Below are positions 11,617 through 21,885 of a stretch of 64,000 bases of DNA, piece after piece (position 1 is the first letter of the stretch; every line of letters starts with the position of its first letter). The notes beneath the pieces were generated by a model. The model ran no database searches. It saw only the letters and a program-made list of their open reading frames with translations, and had not been told where the DNA came from. The stretch comes from Mobula hypostoma (lineage: Eukaryota): the NCBI RefSeq assembly GCF_963921235.1, contig NC_086097.1, positions 157,792,001-157,856,000 of the forward strand. The letters are read 5' to 3'. The position numbers and the translations under genes were made by a program.

Positions 11617-14469
11617 ATGGAGGTTGAGGAATTTATAAAGGCGCCGACCTTGGAGGCATTAGAGGATGCCAGGAAATCGGAATTGATAGCGGTGGCCAAA
11701 CGGGTGAATCTTGCTAAGGTGAAGTCGACAATGAGGAGAGAGGAGATACACAGAGCTATTGTAGAGCACTATGTATCTAAAGGTGTGTTTCCCCAAGGTG
11801 AGCTGGGGGAGGTGTCTATTGAAAAACCTGCTGGAGACGCGGTACAGGTACAGCTTGAAAAACTGAGACTCGAGCACGAGTTCCGGGTACGGCAGTTAGA
11901 ACACGAAGAGAAGCAGTTAGAAAGGCAGGAGAAAGAGAGAGAGTTAGAAAGGCAGGAGAGGGACAGACAGTTGGAGAGAGAAGAGAGAGAGAGGGACAGA
12001 CAGTTGGAGAGAGAGGAGAAACAGAGGGAAAGGGAATTTGAGCTGGAGAAGTTAAAGATAAGGGCCGAGCAGGGGCTCGTGCCGAACCAAGGTGGAGGGT
12101 TCCGGGCGACCCAGGAGGTTAGGCTGGTTCCCCCATTTGACGATACCGATGTGGATCGGTACTTTCTTCATTTCGAAAAGGTGGCTATAAGTCAGGAATG
12201 GCCGAGGGATAAGTGGGTTGTCTTACTTCAGAGTGTACTGAAAGGGAAGGCCCAACAAGCTTACTCCGCCTTATCCGCGGAAGATGCCCAGAAGTATGAG
12301 GTGGTGAAGGAGGCCATCCTCAGGATTTATGAGTTGGTCCCGGAGGCATACCGGCAGAGGTTTCGGAATGCGAGGAAGCGGTGGGACCGCACGTATTTGG
12401 AGTTTGCTCGTGAGATGCAAACATATTGTGAGCGTTGGTGCGCCTCGAAAGGGGTAGAGGGGGATTATGACAGACTGCTGCAACTGGTTCTGATTGAGCA
12501 GTTTAAAGGTTGTGTCCCTGAGGGTATGAGACCCTACCTCGATGAGAAAGAGGCAGCCACGTTAGCCGCAACTGCTAAGTTAGCGGATGAGTATGCGTTG
12601 ACGCATAAAATGAAGGTTGCCCCGAGTAAAGGCTACCAGAAGGGTAGTCAGGACGGCGGGGAGAGTCCACCGGAAAAGTCAGAAAGTAAGCCGGGGACTA
12701 GTGAAAAGGATAAGGTAGACCGGGAGCAGCCTGGTAGGAAGTCTCCTGGGGTCGTCTGTTATAATTGTGGGAAAGTCGGACACTTTGCGTCCAGGTGCTT
12801 TGCCCCAAGGAAGGAGACGGGGAAAGGAAAAGCGGAAATTTTAAATGGCTGTATCGAGCTGTTAAGCGAACCGCTAGGGAAGGACAGGTCTGAAAAAGTC
12901 CAGGAAGGGCGCGAGAGGTTTATCTCGGCCGGACTGGCGTCAGTGAAGGAGAGGTTAAAACCAGTTCCAGTGCGGATCTGGAGAGACACGGGAGCGTGTC
13001 AGTCACTAATACTGAAGAGTGTATTAGAGTTTAGCTCAGAGACCCAGACTGGGGAGGTAGAGGTCAAAGGTGTTGGGGAAGGGACAGAGTCAGTCCCTTT
13101 GCACCAGATACATTTACAGAGCAACCTGGTCTCTGGACTAGTCACGATCGGGGTGAGGTCCGAATTACCGATGAAAGACGTGGAAGTCTTGCTCGGTAAT
13201 GACATCGCCGGAGGAATCGTGTTCCCAGTCGTGAGATTGACGGGTCAGCCTGCCAGCATGGAGGCCCCGCCCGCGATGGTGAATTTGGCTGAAACATTTC
13301 TGCCAACCTTGTATGAGACAGGGTGTAGTGAGATAAGAGGTAGTGAGGGAGCTGGGACGGACGTAGCAGTAGCCAGGAAAGAATTTGTGCAGACGCAGGA
13401 GCGAGACGAGGGGCTGATGGTTTTGGCCGAGACAGCTCTCTCTGACACAGCCTTGACAAGGGAACTAGTAGGCTATTGTGCGGATGAGGAAGTGCTAAGG
13501 AAGAAAGGGAAATCAAGTACAGCATCCGCAGATGAGGAGTGGGGGGTGGTGCAAAAGAGTTATGGGGATGAGGTTTTTAACATGGCCCACGAGGTACCCC
13601 CCGGTGGACATTTTGCGGTGCTGGAGGAAACAGTTGGTGGAATCATGAAAGAGATTTACCGGCTGCCCAGGGGGAAGAATGTTATTGATCATGACCGACG
13701 CGAACTGAGACGGTCACCGGCTTTTGATATGCTAACAAACCTAGTCGGTGTTAGCGTGGAAATCAATGATGCTAGGGGCCCCTTGATAAGAGGAAAAAAC
13801 CATTTTGAAAAGATTAGGATGGGATCGGTCAGATGGGAGAAGGCTATTGTTTTGGCCAGGTCTACTGATAAGGTCTCTCCCTTAATCCCCGAAGGAGTAA
13901 TTAAACGACTCGCACCCATGTGTTTGATTGTCCCGAGGAAATGCAAAGAACTGGGACGTTGGGTTATGTCGGTTACAATAGGGCGGCCAAGCAAACAACA
14001 CCCATATTTTTTGAGTAATTCAGTGACTAAAGGGCTGATGAACACAGAGGTGTGTATTGGCAATTTAACACGGCTGTCTGAAGCCAGCTTGATAGTGAAC
14101 CTTGGAAAAAATGAATTCGGCCACGCGAATGTCACTTACCTGGGAATTGTGGTGACACAGGGGCAGCTGGCAGTGATGCAAGCTACAGTGCAAGCTATCG
14201 CTGACCTCCCAACCCCGACAGACAAGAGGGCCCTCAGAAGGCTCTTGGAGATGGTGGGGTACTGCAGGAAGTTTTGCAATAACTCTGCGGTCAATACCCG
14301 TCCCCCTCCTACTAAGCCCTTGCGAGAGAAAACTGAGTCGGAATGGGACGACCCTTGTTATTGTGGTCCGGGACAAAACCAAATGAGAGGTTACATTGGT
14401 CGCAATTCATCAGTGTTTTTGGCCACTATGAAGTTTGCTGAGTTGGAGCCTGGTCTAAGGGATTATTAA
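11617..14469 (+). CDS. Gag (coiled coil, SCAN-like domain, CCHC knuckle)-protease fused to eroded IN/RT/RNase H remnants, 950 aa
   Basis: E/R/Q-rich repeat; PEAYRQRFR...LIEQF...KLADEY; CYNCGKVGHFASRC; RDTGA and VLLGND; AHEVPPGGH; EFGHANVTYLGIVV and LEMVGYCRKFC. Confidence 0.92.
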   Translation: MEVEEFIKAPTLEALEDARKSELIAVAKRVNLAKVKSTMRREEIHRAIVEHYVSKGVFPQGELGEVSIEKPAGDAVQVQLEKLRLEHEFRVRQLEHEEKQLERQEKERELERQERDRQLEREERERDRQLEREEKQREREFELEKLKIRAEQGLVPNQGGGFRATQEVRLVPPFDDTDVDRYFLHFEKVAISQEWPRDKWVVLLQSVLKGKAQQAYSALSAEDAQKYEVVKEAILRIYELVPEAYRQRFRNARKRWDRTYLEFAREMQTYCERWCASKGVEGDYDRLLQLVLIEQFKGCVPEGMRPYLDEKEAATLAATAKLADEYALTHKMKVAPSKGYQKGSQDGGESPPEKSESKPGTSEKDKVDREQPGRKSPGVVCYNCGKVGHFASRCFAPRKETGKGKAEILNGCIELLSEPLGKDRSEKVQEGRERFISAGLASVKERLKPVPVRIWRDTGACQSLILKSVLEFSSETQTGEVEVKGVGEGTESVPLHQIHLQSNLVSGLVTIGVRSELPMKDVEVLLGNDIAGGIVFPVVRLTGQPASMEAPPAMVNLAETFLPTLYETGCSEIRGSEGAGTDVAVARKEFVQTQERDEGLMVLAETALSDTALTRELVGYCADEEVLRKKGKSSTASADEEWGVVQKSYGDEVFNMAHEVPPGGHFAVLEETVGGIMKEIYRLPRGKNVIDHDRRELRRSPAFDMLTNLVGVSVEINDARGPLIRGKNHFEKIRMGSVRWEKAIVLARSTDKVSPLIPEGVIKRLAPMCLIVPRKCKELGRWVMSVTIGRPSKQHPYFLSNSVTKGLMNTEVCIGNLTRLSEASLIVNLGKNEFGHANVTYLGIVVTQGQLAVMQATVQAIADLPTPTDKRALRRLLEMVGYCRKFCNNSAVNTRPPPTKPLREKTESEWDDPCYCGPGQNQMRGYIGRNSSVFLATMKFAELEPGLRDY

Positions 14470-14629
14470 TAACACGTGTAAAAGGAACAGAAAATGTGAT
14501 GACTGTCTGTCAAGGTGTTGACAGCTTCAAATTCTCTGTATTAGCTAAATAACTGTTAAAGATGTATATTGTGTATGTATCAGATAATGTAGTCATGTTT
14601 GTAATTTTTACCTCCCGGTAAAAATCCTT

Positions 14630-14641
14630 AAAGGGGGGAAG
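14630..14641 (+). promoter_or_regulatory. Polypurine tract
   Basis: aaaggggggaag immediately before the 3' LTR. Confidence 0.9.
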
Positions 14642-15498
14642 TGTTACGAGAATACACATAAAATTAAGATGTTTGCTGGCCTGGGCTAGCATCAGTGGCA
14701 TCAGCAGTTGGTCTGCCACCTGCCCTCAGGGGAAGGAGAGATAAGGAACAATGGAGCAGCGTCTGGGGATGTGTAATGAAGGGATGTGGGAGGAAGAGCT
14801 GTCTGGAGCGGCTCCCCCCTTTAAACCCTGAACTGTTTGAAGTGATGGACAGGCGATACCCCAGCAGGGGGATAAAAAGGGGACAGGTTCGCTAAGACAC
14901 ACACACACGCCACCCGAGGTAACGAGACCCTGGAAGCGGTGCGCTTCTCACGAGTGGGTGAGAAGTCCCAGACAACGACAAGGGTGGAAAGGTACGATCA
15001 GCGGGAACCCGGTGTGTGTCCGCCCTTGCCTGGGTGCCGGGTTCACTGCAGAGGATCGACCGCATCTGGAGGAGGGGTCACAGTCGGTGACCTCAGGTGA
15101 CATCACCAAGGACCTGCCCAAAAGCTGGTTGTGAGCCATCCCGCTGGTCTGTGAGTGAAGCTGTGCTGAATGATGAGTTGTTCTCTCTGTCTCTCTTCCC
15201 CCACATTGTCCACCGCCATGGCAACGATTACTGCGAACTGAACTACTAAACTGGACTGAACTTTGAGTCATTTTGAAATTGGTCATTTACCCCTAGACAA
15301 CGATAGAGCTTGATTGATGCTGTTATCTTAATTCTGTGCACATGTGTGGTTATCATTGTTGAATTGTTGCATTTATTATCCTTTCGATTACTGTGTTGCT
15401 TGTTTCTTTAATAAAACTTTCTTAGTTCTAGTACTCCAGACTCCAACTGAGTGATCCATTTCTGCTGGTTTGGCAACCCAGTTACGGGGTACGTAACA
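14642..15498 (+). repeat. 3' LTR (857 bp)
   Basis: Matches the 5' LTR apart from about three substitutions seen by eye and two extra segments of 17 and 7 bp. Confidence 0.97.
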
Positions 15499-17507
15499 GT
15501 GTCTTTTTACTTTTACAGGTGCATTCAATATGACCCTTTTTGCCACAACTCCAGCAATACAAATCCTTATACCAGCATTCCTTTTCTGAATGCCCAGTTT
15601 TACCACAAAGGTAACATTGAGGCCAATAGGTCTCTTATTCTTAAAGTCAGTAGAGACTTCATGAACTTGGCAGATATGCTTAACAGGTGTGCTTCTTTAG
15701 CTGCCATCTCCGTGGATGGACTAATCTCCACTGACTTCTGTAATGTTAGTTTGTCTTTTGTAAGTAAATGTTTCTGAATTGCCTCACTACTCAGACCACA
15801 TACCAGTCTATCATGTAACGTGTCATTCAGTGACTGCCCAGAATCACAGTGTTCAGACAATTGCTTCCACACCACCACAAACTGTGAAACAGACCGCCTT
15901 CCTCTTTATTCCTTTTATGAAATCTAAACATCTCAGCGATAATCAATGGTTTAAGAGTACAGTGGTCCTTTGAGACTTGAACTATATTCTCATAAGGCTT
16001 ATCATCCAGTTTAGCAAGTTGCACTAGATGGGTTAATAAATTATACATTTTTGCACCCACAGTCAGAATAGTTGGAACACGAATATCATCTGGAATTTGA
16101 TTTGCCAGTGCAAAATATTCAAATCTTTCAGGATATGAACTCCATTGCTCTTCTGTTCCATCATAATTCCAAACATTGTCACCATTTTCAAAGGCAATCA
16201 CACTCCAGAACAGTTAACCAGTCTTATCCCTCTATTTCTCCTTCTCTTACTTGTTTTATTTAACCAACTCATTCTCATTCCCTCCTCTTCACTCACCATG
16301 CTTCCTGCAGCTTCCTGCAGCTTCCTTGTCGCTCACCCACATTACACAGCGGTACATCACCAACACCTGCACACTGACTTTTTTTTGCCCATGGGAACGC
16401 AACAATATTGTCACCTTGTTACCAGTGGTTACGTTTGTGGGACTGGGAAGTGGAGTGGCCATGAATAATGCGCATGAGAGATGGAGAGAAGAGGAACAAG
16501 CATGCTGTGGTTTATTTTAATTGTAAGTCATCTACCCAGAATGCCCTCTCATATTACGTTCAGTACGTAACACACAGGGAAGCTTGACAGCAGCCTGTAA
16601 GGGTCAAAATATACATGAATAGATTACAGTATTTAATGATTAAAGAAATAAAGCCTATTTATATGTGCATGCAATATCTATGTCCCCTATATATCATTAA
16701 TTATGCAGATAAGGTTCTTCTAAATTAAATATTTTGTTAAAGCTTACAGATAAGTACTGACACGCAGGAAGAACTCCTCCAGCAAGCACTTGTTTTCCAG
16801 CCTCAGCAATTTTCCCACCCAGGTTGAAGATTAACATTTAATGACATTTAGAAACCTCACACAACAACGTAGGATTCTCTCAGCCAACCTCATTTGTTTT
16901 TTTTTCTATGAAGTAGATGAAATTTATTCAAGGAATTCTATATTTCTCCTCTTCAAAGAAATCACTTTCCTTAAAATGAACTGGCAATTATCTTTTATAT
17001 GTATTATTACCCTCCCTATCACACAAGAGGCCATTTGGTCCATCAAGTCTATGCTGGCTCACAGAACAATTTCATTCTCCCACCAACTTTTCCCACAACC
17101 TATTTTCTTCACATTCACATCCATGGCAATTTTGGGAAAATTTACAATGGCTGAATAGCCAATCAACCGGCACCTTGCTGGGATGTGGGAGGAAACACGG
17201 TATAAACTCTATGCAGTCACAAAAAAGATGCCAGACCTAGATGCAGTGGCTTCTATGGGGCCGACAACCAAAGGTGGTTTAAACATATTTGTTACAAGTG
17301 CAAACCCTGCTTTACATTAGGAACTTCAAGTACTGCAGGTCTACCATGTCACTGAGTTGCTTATTGGCAGAGAAATTGGAGGAGCTGGACTTGGTGCAGA
17401 TTGTGCTGCCACCCACATCAGAGAGGTGTCAGAAGAATTGGTGCAAGAAGGCAGAGTGCAGTCTAACAGCTTGTGATCATCTTTGTCGTTTTTCTTGTGA
17501 TCGCAAG

Positions 17508-18315
17508 CAATGTTCCCTCTAACGTGTGCACGCTCACACACGTTTTGCTACCAGCGCACAAAGGAATTTAAACTGCGCACAGAAGATTGTCACACTCCAT
17601 ATCATTGGCATGTTAAGAATATTTCACAATTGGACACAATCCCATTTCCTGTTCTAGATTTGTCGGCAGATTTTAGAACTGGTTTATTTATATTATTTTT
17701 ATTGAAGAAATTATTGATTCACTATGGTGATTCCAAAGAAGCAAAGGGCGTGAAGTGCAAAAGAACTGCTAGTTCATACAAAGCTTAATGAAACAGTAGA
17801 AACTGCTACGCCGAAAGCTCATGAGGTCAGGAACGTGCAGCTATGAGACGTACTTGTGTATAACACAGAGGCCTGTGTTACCTGCCTGTATTGATGCGAC
17901 GCAAAAGTTGCTACAGGATTTGTAAGTGGGAAGAAGTTCAGTGATATTTAGAACCCTGACTTTTTGAAGCATTGTTTAGCAAGCAAATCACAGGTGGATG
18001 CTGTGCAACAGTTCCAGCAAGAATGTCCTTCATTACCCATGACAGACCTGCTATGTATGTTTTGTGAGAGTGCAGATGAACCAGAGTGAAAATGATCAAA
18101 TGCAGAGGAGATTAAAGTTCTTATTGATGGTTATTTTTTTTCTTTGAACAATGAACAACAAACCAGACTTGGTAGTTTAATATCCTTAAAATAGCTTTGG
18201 GTATACAGTATTCCACTTAAAAATTCATTGTGCATATTTTGTTGCCACTGGGCAAAAAATTGCACGGCACAAGATATTTGCGCACACTGGTCATTATAAA
18301 TTAGAGGGAACGTTG
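17508..18315 (+). mobile_element. Non-autonomous hAT DNA transposon
   Basis: 15-bp TIRs caatgttccctctaa / ttagagggaacgttg (1 mismatch); 8-bp TSD atcgcaag / attgcaaa; internal remnant resembles the start of the transposase fossil at 36020. Confidence 0.8.
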
Positions 18316-21251
18316 ATTGCAAAACCCTGTTGGACATTGTAAATGTGGCAGCAGGGGCAGACGGCAGGGAAAGTGCAAAGTTTTGGTTGCAGCGAGAACG
18401 AGGTCTCAAGCCTCATTGTCGCTTGTTTAGAGCCTGGAGTCAGGGCTGCCCTCGGTGTTCTCTGGGCAGAGTACAAGCAGTATTCTATTTGACTGCAGAT
18501 TGGTGTAACATTCATGGACTCGGGCTCCTGGACTATATATATATTTTTGTGACTGTATTTTATTAATAGTTTACATACGCTAGATCTTCCTTTTGCTCTG
18601 TATGAGTGCTGCGGTTGTGTTTTGCACCTTGGCTCTGAGTAGCGCTATTTTGTTTGGCTGTATTCATGGATATTCAAGTACGGTAGAATGACACTTAAAC
18701 TTGAACTTGACCGGCTGAGTTCCTCCAGCATCTTGCATGTGTTGCTCTGGAATGCCAGCTTCTGCAGAATCTCTCCTGTTTCTGTGCAGGACTGGAGTTC
18801 AGGTTTGAGCCCAGATCATTGAAACTGTAAAGTAGCAACTCCCCTAACTGCAACACACTGCTGCCCTTTTGCTCCCGGAAGTCACCAACGATGGCAGTAT
18901 TATGCTTAGTGCTCGATGCTGGGTGTATGCCGTCTCCTTCAGGTGGAGCAGCGCCAGTGTGAAGAGGCTCTCGTAGTACAGTCAGCTCAGGAATAACAAA
19001 CTAGGACATTGGATTACAGATTATTATCTAAATCAGGATTGCATGTTGAGGTTGTTCCCTTGGTTTTTTTCCCCTCCTACCTGGTACTAGAAGCCATAAA
19101 GCAAATAGTTCTGAAAACAATTTCGGTATGGTGTTTGATGGCACACACAGAGTCTTAAAATGTGGCAACAAGTGCTGGTGATGTAAGCATGTCCACAGTT
19201 TTGTGTCTGTTGCTGTTGATAAGCTTCTTGATTGATAAGGAAGGGTAAGAAGGTGTTCCAGGTATAGGAGAGCACACAGTTTGTAATTTCCTCCTGCAAT
19301 CAGGCTCACAGGCTTAGAAACATGTCACTGTACCTGGAAATATGTATTGATCCCCCTACAGAATACTTTAACTAAATTGGCTCCAGCAGTTCAAGCGGAA
19401 GACAGTTCATTACTCTTTTAGCAGCAAGCATGAGGAAAATTGCTAGCATGACTAGCAATGATCACCTTCTGAGAATCAATTATAAAAATGAATGTGGTTA
19501 AACATTATAAATATTGGAAAACAAATGATAAAATCATCATCCATTTGAATAGGTGGTTTGACACTTGAAAAGCTATGCACGCATATTTCAGTCAGTTCTG
19601 CATTGCAATGTGATTTCTGATTATGAGCTCAAGCAACTTAGCGAGGCTTGATTCCATAACCTTCTAATTCAGAGAGCAGAGCATTTCCAAATCAGTTAAG
19701 TTGATTAAATAATCTGCTCTTCCTGAGACCTTCTGGCAGTTAGCAATGAAAATCAGGAGCAGATCACTTAGTTGGCTAAAGAGCATTTGCAGTCCTGAAT
19801 TTTCATATGAGTTACCAAAGAAAAAAAATCGATTTTCAAGCATCCAAGAATGTATCATCTAGAACAGTCTATGAAAAATTCAACACAAATCAAGGTGAAA
19901 TTTGTTTAAAATCTAAGAAATTACTTTTAGTCCCAGCAATGTTTGCATTTCAGCAACCAAGTCCACATTGTTAGAAACAAAAGATGTTGGAAATACACAT
20001 CAGAAAAGAAATCAACAGTGGAGAGTGGAGCATGGTTAAATGTTTCAGGTTTTTGACCTTTCATCAGAACCAGGAAGAATTAGAAACTACACGTGATAGG
20101 TTACAGAAAATGTCAAGGCAAAGAGAGAATGAAACTTCGTCATATAAGGCACGACAAAGGGATGCCAAATGTCTCATACGGACGTATGCCCTACTGAGAG
20201 ACAGTGGTGATCTGTCTGGAGGGGATTAAATAAAAGGAAATGAATGAGAGTAAACGAGAGCAAAAGAAAAATGCTGGAAACCTGAAACACAAAGCTCTGT
20301 AGTTGAAGGAAATTTGAAATAAAAGAGAATGAAAATACACAACAGTCAGGCATCTTTATGGAATCTTTTCACAGGATATGTGGAACAGTTCTTTGTTTCA
20401 GCTGTATCTGCTTCCTATATCATATTTTCCAGTGTTAGTGTTGCTTCCTGCTCTGTCACACAACTTGAAAGTCTTGCCATCTTTTCACCAATTTCCACCC
20501 TTCACTCCCTTTCACATTGGCCACCTCTGCACTTTCCTGACTCCTCTATCCTTACCTCAGGGGATAAATTAGTAAAAATATGCACATGACCATTTCCTCA
20601 ATACCTCCTTCAGTGCTGTTTATTCTAAAGATTATGTTTCATGCCCAGAATTTCTCTGGTACATCATCTCCTGACCAGACACATTACCTGTCCTGGTGAC
20701 ACTACTTCTACACCAGTTTCTCCATATAACTTCCTTATCTTTAGCTGTGGTATTCCCTCTGTCACTTCAACTACATCTATTCCATTTCCCATAGTTCTAC
20801 CAGAGAAATTACAGGATTTCCTTTGTGTCTGCCTTCCTTTTCACCAGCTTCCCCAATTTACCATTTTCAACAGGATTTTATTGATAAACATATCTCCTCC
20901 TCTCTACTCTTGTTGGCATCCTGAAAGATTGATTCTCTCGACAACTCCATGGATCTCTCCTGCATTTCCACTAGCACTCACTCACCTTATATGTCAGGAT
21001 ACAATTGCCCCTTTACCTCTTTCACTTCCACCGTCCAGGGAATCTAACAAACTGTTTAGGTGAAACAGTGATTCATGTTACTTCCTGCATTCTAGTATAT
21101 TGCAATGTTTGCAATGGGGTCTCTTCTATACTAGAGAAACCAAACATAGATTAGTGATCACGAGAAAATCTGCAGATGCTGGAAATTCAAGCAACACACA
21201 CAAAATGCTGGTGGAACGCAGAAGGCCAGGCAGCATCTATAGGAAGAAGTG

Positions 21252-21289
21252 CAGTCGACGTTTTGGGCTGAGACCCTTCGTCAGGACTA
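21252..21289 (-). ncRNA. Minimal type I hammerhead ribozyme-like motif (one core substitution)
   Basis: Minus strand UAGUC CUGACGA A GGG UCUCAG CCC AAAA CGUC GACUG; GAAA reads AAAA. Confidence 0.6.
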
Positions 21290-21847
21290 ACTGAAAGAAG
21301 AGATAGTAAGAGATTTGAAAGTGGGAGAGGGAGGGGGAGATCTGAAATGATAGGAGAAGACAGGAGGGGGAGGGAAGAAGCTAAGAACTGGAAAGTTGTT
21401 TGGCAAAAGGGATACAGAGTTGGAGAAGGGGGAGGATCATGGGACAGGAGGCTTCGGGAGAAAGAAAGGGGGAGGGGAGCCCAGAGGAAGATGGAGAGCA
21501 GGCAAGGAGTGATTGTGAGAGTGACAGAGAGAGAAGAAAAAAAAGGGGAAATAAAAATAAATAAGGGATGGATCTTCTTTTATTCCCCCCCCCCCTTTTT
21601 TTGCCTTCTCTCTCTGTCCCTCTCTCACTCCTTTCCTGCTCTCCATCTTCCTTTGGACTTCCCTCCCCCTTTCCTTCTCCCCAGGCCTCCTGTCCCATGA
21701 TCCTCCCCCTTCTCCAACTCTGTATCCCTTTTGCCAATCAACTTTCCAGCTTTTAGCTTCTTCCCTCCCCCTCCTGTCTTCTCCTATCATTTCAGATCTC
21801 CCCCTCCCCCCCCCACTTTCAAATCTCTTACTATCTCTTTTTTCAGT

Positions 21848-21885
21848 TAGTCCTGACGAAGGGTTTCAGCCCGAAACGTCAACTG
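21848..21885 (+). ncRNA. Minimal type I hammerhead ribozyme-like motif
   Basis: UAGUC CUGACGA A GGG UUUCAG CCC GAAA CGUC AACUG; intact core, one stem I mismatch. Confidence 0.65.

Larger units (their letters stand above)
10685..15498 (+). mobile_element. Young Gmr1-type Gypsy LTR retrotransposon, probably non-autonomous
   Basis: Two near-identical LTRs with TGTTACG...CGTAACA ends, GTGT TSD (10681-10684 and 15499-15502), PBS, PPT, single internal ORF. Confidence 0.96.
9320..16628 (-). mobile_element. Old Gypsy (Mag-like) LTR retrotransposon, internally deleted and split by a younger LTR element
   Basis: Diverged LTR copies 9320-9497 (truncated) and 16427-16628 share gtcatctacccagaatgc and acacacagggaagcttgaca; gag remnants about 15500-16200; protease VDTGAA in ORF 10125-10589; RT motifs LQLCGDFK, FSKIDL, FCSDDLL, IEYLGHVID in ORF 9425-10159; PBS-like tggtaacaagg on minus at about 16414-16424. 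Confidence 0.88.

Noticed and set aside
13245..13320. env gene or additional ORF in the young LTR element
   Set aside because: No signal peptide/TM-containing ORF between pol remnants and the PPT; antisense ORFs are shadows of the main frame
11617..14469. 950-aa ORF as a domesticated host SCAN/zinc-knuckle gene
   Set aside because: Flanked by near-identical LTRs, PBS, PPT and TSD, so it is a recent transposon insertion
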